From Octopus bimaculoides (Eukaryota): a stretch of DNA of 48,335 bases. Below the pieces are notes generated by a model. The model was given only the letters and a program-made list of their open reading frames with translations. It was not told the DNA's origin and ran no database searches. The position numbers and the translations under genes were made by a program. The stretch lies in contig NC_068981.1 of NCBI RefSeq assembly GCF_001194135.2, positions 121,577,864-121,626,198 of the forward strand, written 5' to 3'. Below, piece after piece: positions 36,129 through 48,335 of the stretch. Each line of letters starts with the position of its first letter. The stretch's first letter is position 1.

Positions 36129-36177
36129 GAAGAAGAAGAAGAAGAAGAAGAAGAAGAAGAAGAAGAAGAAGAAGAAG

Positions 36178-36220
<43 letters not shown>

Positions 36221-36245
36221 GCAGCAGCAGCAGCAGCAACAACAA

Positions 36246-36276
<31 letters not shown>

Positions 36277-36290
36277 AGCAACAACAACAT
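36129..36290. repeat. Compound (GAA)n(CAA/CAG)n microsatellite; inverse counterpart (TTG)n(TTC)n at 37111-37230
   Basis: Read directly; source of the poly-E/Q/K/N/L ORFs. Confidence 0.97.
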
Positions 36291-36353
36291 TGCTAAAACA
36301 GTATTCCACATTTTTGACATAAAGAAATCAATATTTCGGGAAAAGAGTTAAAT

Positions 36354-36750
36354 AGGTATGGCGGAGTTGCTTTCCAATCAATTGGTTCCGAGTTCACTCC
36401 CACTTCTTGGCGGTTTGGGCAAGTGTCTTCTACTTTAGCCTGGAGCCGACCAAATCCTTGTGAGTGCATTTGGTAGACCGAAACTGAACGAAGCTCATCA
36501 TGTATACATATATGTGTGGGGGTGATGCGTGTCTCTGTGTGTGAGCGGGCGTGTGTCTGTGTTTGTCCCCACCACCGCTTCACAGCTGGTGTTAGTGTGT
36601 TTCCTTCACGGTTCGGCAAAATGGAAAGATAGAATAGGTAACAGGCTAAAACAAAAAGAAGTACTGGGGTCGGTTCATTCGACTAAAAATTCTACGATGT
36701 GCTACCCTAGCATGACCGCAGTCTTACAACTGAAACATGTACGAGATAGA
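36354..36750 (+). mobile_element. Near full-length tRNA-derived SINE (long family)
   Basis: B box GGTTCCGAGTTCACTCCCA, then TTGGGCAAGTGTCTTCTACT, an internal (TG)n, and a 3' half shared with 23162 and 39193. Confidence 0.85.
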
Positions 36751-37123
36751 AAAAATTATACCAACGACCACTAAAATTAATGGGGTATCATTTTACAAGC
36801 ATCGAATGGATAAAGAGCGAATATGACTTCATGGTTTTGGGATTTGAGAATAACTTTTCTAGCTGTACGTACACAAAGAGATAAAGATATGCTTTGAACG
36901 TTATATAGAAACCTTACAGAGTTGTGTAGAGAGGGATAGACAAAAATGAAAGACGCTATAAAATTAAAATGAGAACAGATATTAATGAAGATTATAATAT
37001 TGTAATCATTGATTAAAACAATATAAAAGGAAAGGGAAATAAAACATGAAACGCAATTTGGATTCTTATCTACATTTAAGGAGAGAAACCAGTAGGTAGA
37101 GCACAGTCGCTTGTTGTTGTTGC

Positions 37124-37154
<31 letters not shown>

Positions 37155-38416
37155 GTTGTTGTTCTTCTTCTTCTTCTTCTTCTTCTTCTTCTTCTTCTTC
37201 TTCTTCTTCTTCTTCTTCTTCTTCTTCTTCTCCACCTCCTCCTCTTTCTTCTTGTAATTTTGCAATAAGAATTTTATTTCCCTAAGGACAGACTACCGCT
37301 GATAATCGAGCGGAAACAAATTTTGTTTTACAGACTTCCTTTGATTTTAGATATTTTAGCTACATTTCACTCAGTACGTTCACCGTATGGAACAAAATAT
37401 TACATTTGAATTAAATAGCATAGCACAAAAGTTGAATTACAGAATAAATAAAATGCGGAAATAAAGAACATGTAATAAAAATGAATAGAAGAAAAGCTTA
37501 TTTCCAACAATTCAACAAGCAATTTTAACAATATCTTTAACAAATACTCGAGCAGAAACACAATATTATAACCATAAACATAGTAGTGTCGCAAAAGAAA
37601 TTACATTTGCCTCTGTGTTGACAAAAGTAGAATATTTGAGATTTAACACAGATGTAGGGATGTTAAACCCCAAAGATTCGCCACCTATTAAGGACAAATT
37701 AAATCCGTTTTACTAGGAAGAGCAAAGTGATGCGCCTATGAAGATATACAATATTTGGCAGGATTTCGAAATGCAGTCAAATATCTCGGAATGTGCGAAA
37801 GTTAAGTTGTAGAAAAAAGGGCAAGATTTTGACATGCAATGATATTTGGTTATCATTTATAGAGAGATTTAAAGGTCCTGAATATGACTTTTACAATGCT
37901 TGAGCATATTACATTTAGATGAAATTATAGATAGGATTATTACACATACCGAGATAAACATATTTAACTCAGTAGAAAATACTATAGAATAGCTAACTGC
38001 ATACATTCCAGAAATTCAAACTATTGCCTAGCAACAGCTGAGCATTAGCAGTGATATACTACTCTGTTGCTGTGCATAATTGGATTCTAAATGAAATGTA
38101 AGTCCTTCATATATATATTCTGAAGTTGAGGACAGCGTAAAACACATAGCATTCACGAGCATGTGTTCTCTAGTAACTGCAGGAAGGCAGGAAATAATTA
38201 TCATTGGCGAATATGTTGCCAGTAAACTCAGAACATTAGATAGGTATTTAGCAAGTGGCCAAAAATTGATTTCCAATATATCGCAACAATCAACAACTTG
38301 GTTCAGAAAAGTGTCAAAAACATGAAAGTCTTCAAAGAGATTCGTGGCGGAAAAGCAAAGCAAAGGAAATACAAACATTTTCACCTTAAGTATAATTAGA
38401 ATAAGCTAAAAATCCT

Positions 38417-38624
38417 TTCTACTACAGGCACAAGGGCTGGAATTTTGGTGGAATGGGTAAGTCGATTACATCGACATCGGTGCTCTACTGGTACTTATTG
38501 TTTCGACCCCGAATATAAAAGTCAAAGGCGATCTCGATGGAAGTTCGACTGAAAACTGAACGACGAGCGAAATGTCGATAAGAATTTCGTCAGTCGTTCT
38601 AAAGTTTTAATCAGCTCACCACCT
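38417..38624 (-). mobile_element. SINE (Meta-domain-like family), diverged
   Basis: CTACTACAGGCACAAGG..AGTCGATTACATCGAC..CTGGTACTTA..TCGACCCCGAA..TCAGCTCACCACCT. Confidence 0.8.
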
Positions 38625-38689
38625 TTCAATACAAATATCAAAACAAAAAAAATAAATAAATTAACAGACATGAGATTGCTTCAAAGAGG

Positions 38690-39192
38690 ACACCTGAAAC
38701 GTGAAATTTGAAGCTCACAACCCTTGCCGAATGTCCTCCCTCAAATTTTCAAAATGTTCGACGATCCTCGTGCACATGCTGATGAATTTTCACCACATTT
38801 CCGTGGCTGACGCTTGTAGCAGGTCCTCCAGATCGCTCATTGTCTTCCAGGCACGTTCTTCCTCTTTTAAAACGTCTGTGCCACTCGAAACATTGCGTAC
38901 GACAAATTGCTGCCTCGCCGTAGGCTTCCCGAAGTATAATCAAGTCTCTTTGTCAGACTTGTTAAGCCCCAAACGCCAAATTTCACGCTGGATCTTTGTT
39001 CCAACTTCCTGTCCATGACAAAAATCGCAGACTACAGCATATATGTAATAACCATAACATAAATTTCACAAATTGCAAAGTAAACACCGGTATATCACAC
39101 TGCTTCACGAAGGTCACTGCGCAGGCAAACGTGTGCTGCCATCTCTTGGCGCGCTACAGACCTCATCTGTGAATTTTTTGATACCACCTCGT
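38690..39192 (-). mobile_element. mariner 5' half (TIR plus N-terminal DNA-binding region)
   Basis: Minus strand begins ACGAGGTGGTATCAAAAAATTC (TIR). ATG at 39016 gives MDRKLEQR.., then LREAYGEAAICRTQCFEWHRRFKRGRTCLEDNERSGGP..VHEDRR, the typical mariner HTH region. Confidence 0.9.
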
Positions 39193-39517
39193 TTGTGTGT
39201 GTATGTGTGTCTGTGTATGTATGAGTGTGTGTTTGTGTCTCTATCCACCACCATCGCTTGAAAACGAATATTGGTGGCTTTAACGTCCCCGTAAGTTAGA
39301 GAATCGGTAAAAAAGGATTGATAGAATAAATATCAAGCTTAAAAGCATAAGTACCGGGATCGATTCACGACCTAGTGGCTCAGCAATAAGGAACCGACAA
39401 AATAAGTACCTCGCATTAAGAAAATATGTACTGGTGTCGATTTGTTCAATAAATTGCTTCAAGGCGGTGCTCCGGCATGGCCACTGTCTATTGATGAAAA
39501 CAAGTAAAACATAAAAG
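39193..39517 (+). mobile_element. SINE 3' half with internal partial duplication
   Basis: CCACCACCATCGCTTG..; GATAGAATAAAT/GACAAAATAAGTACC occurs twice; ends GGCGGTGCTCCGGCATGGCC..AACAAGTAAAACATAAAAG. Confidence 0.8.
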
Positions 39518-39547
39518 GTAATAACAACGACAATAACAACAACAATA

Positions 39548-39768
39548 AGTGCTTCTGACTTAGGAACAAGGTCAGTAAATTCGAAGGGAAGGGTTTACCC
39601 GATACCATTGACTCCATTACTGACTCCAGTACTTTAATTCATCTCTCTGAAATGACGAAGGGCGAAGTTCACCTCGGTGAGATTTGAATTCAGAATATAT
39701 GCAGCCGAAAGGAAATATAGCAGAACATGTTTTTTATGGACGCCTAAGGATTTTGCCGTCTCGCCCCC
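39548..39768 (-). mobile_element. SINE (Meta-domain-like family), old
   Basis: CTTAGGAACAAGG..GGCGAAGTTCACCTCGGTGAGATTTGAATTCAGAA. Confidence 0.65.
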
Positions 39769-39789
39769 TGCAATAATAATTCTTTATAA

Positions 39790-39990
39790 TTTTGGCAGAA
39801 TGCCAGGAATTTTGAGGGAAGGATGTCCGATGATTACGTCAACGATAGTACTTCACTGGTACTTTATTTCATTGATACCGACACAATGAAATGTAAAGTC
39901 AAAACTGGCGTAATTTGAACTACGCATGTAAAATGTTAGAAGAAATGCAGCTAAAGATTTTGTGTGACACACTAACGATTACAGCTAAGT
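39790..39990 (-). mobile_element. SINE (Meta-domain-like family), old
   Basis: GAATTTTGAGGGAAGG..CTGGTACTTTATTT..ATGAAATGTAAAGTC..ATTTGAACT. Confidence 0.6.
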
Positions 39991-41122
39991 ATTTCTTTTA
40001 GAATAATCTATTCATTTATATTCGAATGACAAGATTACCTGTCTCAGGACTAAACATGAATCCTATTTGAAGAAAATATGATATCCTGCAGAGACCGATA
40101 TTGTCCAGATATATTTTATAATTCACTGGCGACTTACAAATGATAGAAGACCTATATAAAAACAACGTTGTAATTATCAAAACATGTGTTGCCATTTTTG
40201 TTTATAATGTATTTCAATTATTAAAATTTGCATTTCGAAACCGAATATTTAAATAGAATTTAATTTCTTGTGAAGTAAATTGAACAATACAATTGAAAGG
40301 TATCGCTTATTGTATGAAGGCAGAATTGCTACACTTTTGTATTATTTCATACTGAAAGAAGTAGAGATAAATTAAAGATAAGGCACATATTAAGTGTTTG
40401 AAATTTACATCTTTGATTTGCTTCCAAAGCGAAAAATATGAAAATTTAAATGTGACTAAGTATCTTTTGAAGAAATTTGACTAATGCATTTGTAATATAC
40501 TGGCTGTTGCATAGAGGACATATTTTCTATTATTTGATAGGATTAAATTTGAAGTTATAGACATATTTCTATGTTTATGGTATTTGAATTTTTCATGTGT
40601 ATCCCAAGCAAAAATATTCTCCTTACTTTGTATCTCAACTAAAAATGTGAAGGTAGTGTTTTCTATGATATATGAAAGTGATTCAGATTAGACTAGAAAC
40701 CATTTGTAGTTTAAAGAAAAAGACAGGAGTGGTAACATTCAGCAGCAAAGGCTGTCCGTGGAATCTTCTTTAATGGTATAGTGACCTCGTAGTGACTTGT
40801 GGTTGTAGCATTAGCAGAAGGGGTATTTGTGGGTAGCGACTGCTCTAAATATGGCTATCATTTTTAATATTTCCGTATTAGATCCCAATAGTATTGTCAT
40901 CTGTGGTGGCAGCATTCAAAAGAGCCTTATATTTTGCAGTAAAATATGATTCTTTGCTATTGCACTGATTATAGGTTGCATTATCCCTAAATTTATAGAG
41001 CTTAGTTGAAAAAGTCGAAAAGACAGAAACTGGTACTAACCATGACAAAATGTATTGCATGATAAAATTATTTTAGCATTTTCTCCCTTGTCTTATTTGC
41101 CTTATACATATGTGTCATTTTG

Positions 41123-41206
<84 letters not shown>

Positions 41207-42547
41207 AGCTGCCCATTGTGTTTGTGTGGATATAAGAAAGAGCTGCATTTGAGAATTTATTATAATTACTTATTAAAGCTATAATATTTGGTGGTTATTG
41301 GTATGTTAATATGCCCTTACTTACATGGCTAACTGACAATCCATTCATTTTGTTCCCTAATATACGGAAATATAATTACGTAAGAAAGCGTTATTAGGGG
41401 TAAGCGTAATATCAGTTTAGATGTATAACTAAGGTAATAAAATATTAAAGGTATTAGGACTCGCTGTTCCTTCATTCAAATCTATAAGTATTGAATTCTC
41501 TTGCATATTTGCGTTTAATGTTCTGCATTACACAATCTAAGATATTTCAGCGAGTATATCTCAGCAGTTATTCTGAAATATCGAATTTATTCAAATCTGC
41601 TTTTCATAATGCTGAATCCCTAATCTCCTTGCAATTGAAGTCATTATTTCTACGTATATTATTGGAAAGGAATACGGTTAATTTGTACAACCTCTCAGAA
41701 AGATATATTCAGTGGCCCGTATTTACATTTGATTATTATATTGTAACAATTAGGAGTTAAGCAGAAATCGTCTAATGAAGGTAAACCACTTTATTGAACG
41801 TATAGCAATGTACCAGATATTCAGCAAATTAGGAGAATACATAGTAGAAAATGTCATTTTCTAAATCTGTATCTTAATCAGGTTCTAAAGCCTTTCTTCC
41901 CAAAGGACTTTGTCCATACACTGCTTAATACCTCTTTTCAGCCTTCAAAGAGTTGGGAAGTGCTTCATTATTGTCTTAACTACCAATGATGTGATAAACC
42001 ATATGTAATACCATATGTCGACAATACTCCGTTGAATACTAATAATAGAGAATATTTCAGAATGTAGAACAAATCATTTTCCGCCCGATTTCTATAGCAT
42101 ACGATAAAGTTTTATTCGATTGTGACGCAATCGTTGTTGTACTTCAGATTTCAATAATACGTATCATAAAAACAAACAAAAAAATGCAGCATACGCTGTC
42201 TCAGAATATGAAATGATTATTCGATATACATAATTCTCAATATCCTATGAAGCTAATTATGCACCGCGGTAGACCATATTTTGTCACCGTAACCTTCTCA
42301 AGGATATTATTTCCCTTTCAAAACTAATGGAACATCTTGCACTTCAGTTTAGCAAGATGAAACTATGCTAACAGCATTACATCGATACAATATTCCGAAT
42401 ACTTGTAAATCAGAAGCAAAAGGAAAATGTAATAACCTACATTTGTTTTCCTATTTTATTATTTATATTATCAAAACCAATTATAATATTCTCGTCCCCA
42501 TCCTCTTATATTTATCTTTACTTGCAACATTGACACCCTGTTAGTAG

Positions 42548-42592
<45 letters not shown>

Positions 42593-43896
42593 TATGCTGT
42601 TATTGCTTTGCTTATTATGTGGATTAATATTGACAAACAAGCTTGTATTAGATTATCCATCTGAAACTTTATATCAAAGTAGCTACCAGTTTGCGACTAT
42701 AATGTGACACTAATACGCTTCCAATTACTACTTCTCTTATGAGTTACACCACTATGTAGTACATATTTACATCTAGATTAACTATTTTTATGGCAGTCAC
42801 GTAAATTATCGATAAGCTTGGATTTATCAATGCAAGTTACAATACACCAACCACCTATTATATAGACGTAGGCAATAACATTCATCTTAACCTCCTTTCA
42901 TATGGATTATACTTATATTATAAATAAGTCCAAGCTTATTTATAAAGTAAGGTTTATTACAAACTTAATTACAACGTGAGGATGATATACTATCATCGTT
43001 AACGTACGACAGTTAAAATACAACATTGATAATTTGTAAGAGAAAAGATTATTAAATGAATAAACTCCACATAATATTGAACGTACATGCTAATCATATC
43101 TTAAAATCAGAATTGAATTAGTTCGAAACATGAACAGGAAATGAGGCAGCGATTTATCACAATACTTTCAGTTTGTTACTTCAGCTTTGTCAGAGTTTGT
43201 CTTGCTTTTTCGAGACAAATTGATAAACGTGTTCAATGTTTCCAAGTATATCTTCTTCATGTATGCCATATTTCTAAGAGATGTGCGTTTAAATTCTGTT
43301 AACCCTATTACTGTCTTTCCCCAAAGTAATATACTTAATCTCATCAGAATTTGCTATCGAAAAATATCACTCAGAAAAGCAGATAAGTTTTCAAACTTTC
43401 TAACCCTCACTTATTCGTGCATATATTTTGTAATATTCAATCTCAGATGTACTCTCTTACATTTAAAAAAAAAATGTTCTCCACAATTATGTAGACACAC
43501 CTCGCCAACTAACTGTACGTGTGCGACGTAGTTACTTCTAGCAATGGTTTTAACGACGCTACAAGTTACATTTCTAATTTTCTACAACTAGAAATGAAAT
43601 TTTATATCGCTTAAGAAGTTATTGAATCAATATTTATCGATACACATATCCTTGAAACATAGACAGTTTTGTTCATGTGATACCTCTTTGTAAAAATTTG
43701 ATAAAATTACCCAAGCTCTTATTAAAGCCCTGAAAAGTTTGTAAAAGATATTTACCAAGGTAAGTCACTGAGAAAATTATTTTCATTGTCTTGTAATGGT
43801 GAGTTTAGATTTTTCTCCAAAATATGGATAGTTTATCCTCTTCATGCTATATTATTAGCATTATCCTGCGTTTGAGAATAAAATTATTTCCTTATC

Positions 43897-43989
<93 letters not shown>

Positions 43990-44147
43990 ATGCAAAAGAA
44001 AAATGGGATTAAAAAGTTCTGGCAGATATCAATTAAGCACTTAGTATAAAGGGATAAGTTTAAACTTCCAGCTATCAGATATAAGTAAACGTAAGTAGAA
44101 TACAAATCCCAAACAAATCCTCAAGCATGACAGGTAAATCCAATAAA

Positions 44148-44460
44148 GGCGCCTGATTCAGTGGTTAGAGCGTTGGGCTCACAATAATGAGGTACTGAGT
44201 TCAATTCCGCGAACGGGCTGTGTTATGTTCTTGAAAAAGACACTACTTCACGTGAGTCCAGTTCACTCAGCTGTAGAAAGGAGTTGCGGCGTCAGTGGTG
44301 CCAAGCTGTATCGGTCTTTACTTTTCCCTTGGATAACATCACATGCGTAGAGAGGGGAGGCTGGTATGCGTGGGCGACTGCTATTCTTAATAAATAACCT
44401 TGCCTGGATTGTGCCTTGGAGGGGAAATTTTCTTGGTGTAATCCCATCCCATGGTCATAC
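44148..44460 (+). mobile_element. tRNA-derived SINE, third family (V/CORE-like central block)
   Basis: A box TCAGTGGTTAGAGCG and B box GAGTTCAATTCC, followed by TGTTCTTGAAAAAGACACT..GTTCACTCAGCTGTAGAAA. Confidence 0.8.
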
Positions 44461-44463
44461 CCT

Positions 44464-44527
<64 letters not shown>

Positions 44528-44543
44528 TTTGTTTAATATAGGC

Positions 44544-44549
<6 letters not shown>

Positions 44550-44613
<64 letters not shown>

Positions 44614-44615
44614 GC

Positions 44616-44670
<55 letters not shown>
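44550..44670. repeat. (GATA)n microsatellite
   Basis: Read directly. Confidence 0.97.
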
Positions 44671-45498
44671 CACGTCTTTGCTCGATCGGCTAGAAACAGC
44701 ATGGAATCTCCCTCAGATTATGAACCGCATACATTTAAAATGAAGCAGACATTCATTAGTATAATCCTAGAGACACTCAGTCCCAAGTAAATCAGTGGTC
44801 GGTATGGATCACAGGTCGTAGATCTTATATTTTATGAATCAGAAGTGACGGGGATTTAAATGAAGAAAGTAAATTATATTTGAACGACAGAACTTTTACA
44901 TGACTTCAAAAAGATCATAAATTTTAAACTGAATCAACAAATGTCTGAATTTTCTTATTGAATCCATTGAATTATTTGCCCTTGATTTAAGTATTTACGA
45001 AAAAAATAATCGTCACTTTAGTGCTCTGTTTGAAAGACTGAAAGTTATGCTTCTTTATGCGTTTCATCATGAAGCTGGTAAATAATTAAATTCATAATAA
45101 CAGATTAACGTGAAGGCTTTAATATGTGAACATAGATATGGACGCATTTAAATATGCAATAATTATAGCGAGTAACATTCATTTACATCTACCTGACAAT
45201 AAATATTGCTGGAGTATAATCCGTATCATGATAATTTTACTAATTATCACGAACATTGAATAATTAGCTAAATGGAATAATAGATTCTCATATGAAAATT
45301 TAAAATCTGTTATTTGGTTACAAACTTATTTCGGTTCAAATTCACGAGGAACAAAATGTGTTTTATAATTTAATATAATTTTATTATTTGCTAAGTGGAG
45401 CAACAGCATGTGTGTGTGAGTGAATTGCAATGTTCGTCTTACTAGTTAGAAGATCGTAATCGTGTCTTTACGAAGATATTTTTCATCAAAAGTCTTTA

Positions 45499-45707
45499 TG
45501 GCATATCTTTTATCTTTTTCCTGTCTCTGTCATTGGACTACGACCGTACTGGAACACCGCCTCAAAGGGGATTTAGTCGAATTAATTGACCCCTGTTGTT
45601 ATTTTATCGGTCATTTTGATGAACCGCTACATTGTAGGATTGTAAATAAATCAAAACCGGTTGTTCAATGGTAGTGGGAGACAAACATATACAGACAAAT
45701 ATATATA

Positions 45708-45748
<41 letters not shown>

Positions 45749-45965
45749 NNNNNNNNNNGTCTTTATGGCATATCTTTTATCTTTTTCCTGTCTCTGTCAT
45801 TGGACTACGACCGTACTGGAACACCGCCTCAAAGGGGATTTAGTCGAATTAATTGACCCCTGTTGTTATTTTATCGGTCATTTTGATGAACCGCTACATT
45901 GTAGGATTGTAAATAAATCAAAACCGGTTGTTCAATGGTAGTGGGAGACAAACATATACAGACAA
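45499..45965 (-). mobile_element. SINE 3' half present twice (about 45499-45700 and 45766-45965) across a 10-N gap
   Basis: Reverse complement of the 23162/39193 family; the two copies look identical, so this is probably a single real copy. Confidence 0.8.
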
Positions 45966-46648
45966 ATATATATATATATGAAATTTTGATAAGCAAAAGC
46001 TTATATTCTTAGTATCTATGTACACTTCGCCATTATGTTTCTTTTGTGCCCTCCAATGGATATCGCAAGTGCATTAAGGTACAGAGAATTAACGCCAAAG
46101 AGTAGATAGGTCGCGTGGGAGTTTATGATTGTCTTGAAACAGAAATGAAAAGGAAACCAATGAGATAAGAAAAGGTGGGATCTAAAAAAATGGAGAGAGG
46201 GAGAGGGAGAGAACAAAAAAACAGAGAATATAAACAGAAAATAAAGAAACAAAAAAGTTCAGATAGAAAAAAATAGAGAAAGAAATGGAGGGAAAACAGA
46301 AACACGGAAAAAGAAAGACAGAAAGATACAACGAACAAAGAAGATCCTAATTTCGACGATAAACAAAATTACAGAAATACATAAACAACATGATGAAGTA
46401 AATAAAATAAATACAGAATTAAGTAACCATACCCAAGAAATAGAAAAAGAGGTAGGGAGATATACAAGAATGCTCAGTGGAAAAAAATGCAGTGTATAAG
46501 AGGGAGACGAAAGTAAGGGATTAAATAAAGGGTAGTCAGTTACTAATGTATTACATATGTAGGAACTAACAATATAAACTCGTGTTTATCGTAATTTCTA
46601 CTACATTTTCTCAGTAATTCATAACTAGTAATACTTATAAGTATTCTT

Positions 46649-46830
46649 TTCTACTCTAGGCACAAGGTCCGAAACTTTTGAGGTGGAGAGCTAGTCGATT
46701 ACATCGACGCCAGTACGCAAATGGTACTTAATTTATCGACCCCGACAAGATGAAAGGCAAAATCGACAAAATCAGAACGTAAAGACAACGAAATACCACT
46801 AAACAATTTGAGCGGTGTGCCAACGTTTCT
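46649..46830 (-). mobile_element. SINE (Meta-domain-like family), head clipped by the adjacent copy
   Basis: CTACTCTAGGCACAAGG..GTCGATTACATCGAC..GATGAAAGGCAAAATCGAC..CCAACGTTTCT. Confidence 0.88.
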
Positions 46831-47053
46831 TATTTCTTTACTGCCCACAAAGGGCTACACACAGAGGGGACAAACAAGGACTGACAAACAGATGAAGTCG
46901 ATTATATTGACCCCAGTGCGTAACTGGTATTTATTTAATCGACCCAGAAAGGCAAAGTCGACCTCGGCGGAATTTGAATTCAGAACGTAGCGGCCGACAA
47001 AATATCGCTAAGTATTTCGCCCGGCGTGCTAGCGTTTCTGCCAGCTCGCCACC
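46831..47053 (-). mobile_element. Full-length SINE (Meta-domain-like family)
   Basis: Minus strand GGTGGCGAGCTGGCAGAAACGCTAGCACGCCGGGCGAAA (A box) ..GAATTCAAATTCC (B box).. tail GGGCAGTAAAGAAATA. Confidence 0.92.
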
Positions 47054-48335
47054 CTTCTTACAATACAATATCTTATTAATATACATCATTGGCATGTTGC
47101 CTCGGATTTGCTCAGCGTATTGTAGCCATTTTAGATTTAAGTCATTCATTGAATGGCATTTAGATTTTTAACCCTGGCAAAATAAATGTCAACACCAACT
47201 ACAGTAGAATATAATCTCTGTATTTATATATGATGGAGTAACAAAATTATATAACGAATTACCTTCTGAATCTGTAGTTTGAATCATTCCGCCTACTTCA
47301 AAGTGACCTACACGTCCACAGTTTTAAATCAAACCACACGTCCGTGATATCTAGCGATTACTGGACAAGCGAGCTATATTCCTATTTTATAACTTGTTAA
47401 TCTTAATTATTGTCATGCAGCTTTTCGTCCACTTCCTTGCAAGGTAGTCTTTATACCATTAGCTACACATAATGTTAACGATAAATATCTACTGTTGGGG
47501 AATTTCTATCAATAAAATGCTATATATCAAGATTTATGACTTGATTTATTGAACAATTTAGCTATCCCCTTGAATGTCATCAGTTTAAACGTTATTCAAA
47601 AGACCGTTTTCTAACATTTCCTTCGAGTGAACTGTTATCGCTATCCAAAGGTACATAATTGACGGATGGGTAATCGTAATAAATACAGTATTAAGACTGT
47701 TTATATTCTTATTCCTGATTATATATAGTACTTTTAAATCTTTTGCTAATTTGTGTCATTCCATATTATTCATTACTTTATTCCAGCCGAGTTAGGAAGT
47801 GTTACTTGGAATGTCAGTGTTTAAACCACAGGCAAACTATAGTGTAAATCATTTTATAACATTGTTATTAGATATTAATGGCGAACCGTCCTACGGTGAA
47901 CATTCTATCACAAATTTAGTAAAACGACCGCCTTCTTACATGATTTTGGCAAACACTTAACGGATAGGTGTATGGTTTAATGATATGTACCACTTAGCAT
48001 TTCTGTTTACATTTGCGTTTGAAATTTTAAAAAAACTTCCTTACAGAGATATAAAATTGCTTGATATGTAGATTTCCTTCTGTCCATGGTTTTTGCAGTT
48101 GTATTATTTGGGTCAATGATAGTTGAAAATAGTATAATATAAACGGAATGATGTTTTATTCAAAGAGTTAATTTACATAGCGATATGAAAATGTATCTAA
48201 AATTAATAGTAAATGTCGAACAAGTAGAAAGTAATAGGAATATATGCACAGCCAGATATACTTCTATAGGAATATATGTCAACAGCTACATATATGTATA
48301 TGTATGTGTGTATATATATATAAATGTATATATAT

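Overview
AT-rich, microsatellite-dense eukaryotic DNA from a gapped draft assembly (7 N-runs), apparently intronic or intergenic. The SINE families and the (CA)n/(GATA)n/(AAT)n load point to an octopod cephalopod, but this is inference from recalled repeat families. I recognise no intact protein-coding gene. Almost all ORFs in the supplied track are microsatellite read-through, N-gap artefacts or transposon debris. Recognisable content: many tRNA-derived SINE copies, two mariner remnants (one with both TIRs), two Penelope-like remnants (RT/GIY-YIG), an RTE LINE 3' end, several R4/Dong-type RLE-LINE pieces stacked in (AAT)n microsatellites, two non-autonomous Helitron-like elements, and several local duplications and hairpins. 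The best observation is a chimeric retro-insertion at 26128-26477: a 28S rRNA fragment fused 5' of a head-less SINE body, same strand, with one 8-bp direct repeat (TACCTACT) flanking the whole unit. All alignments and translations were done by eye, and family names come from recalled motifs, not from database searches.
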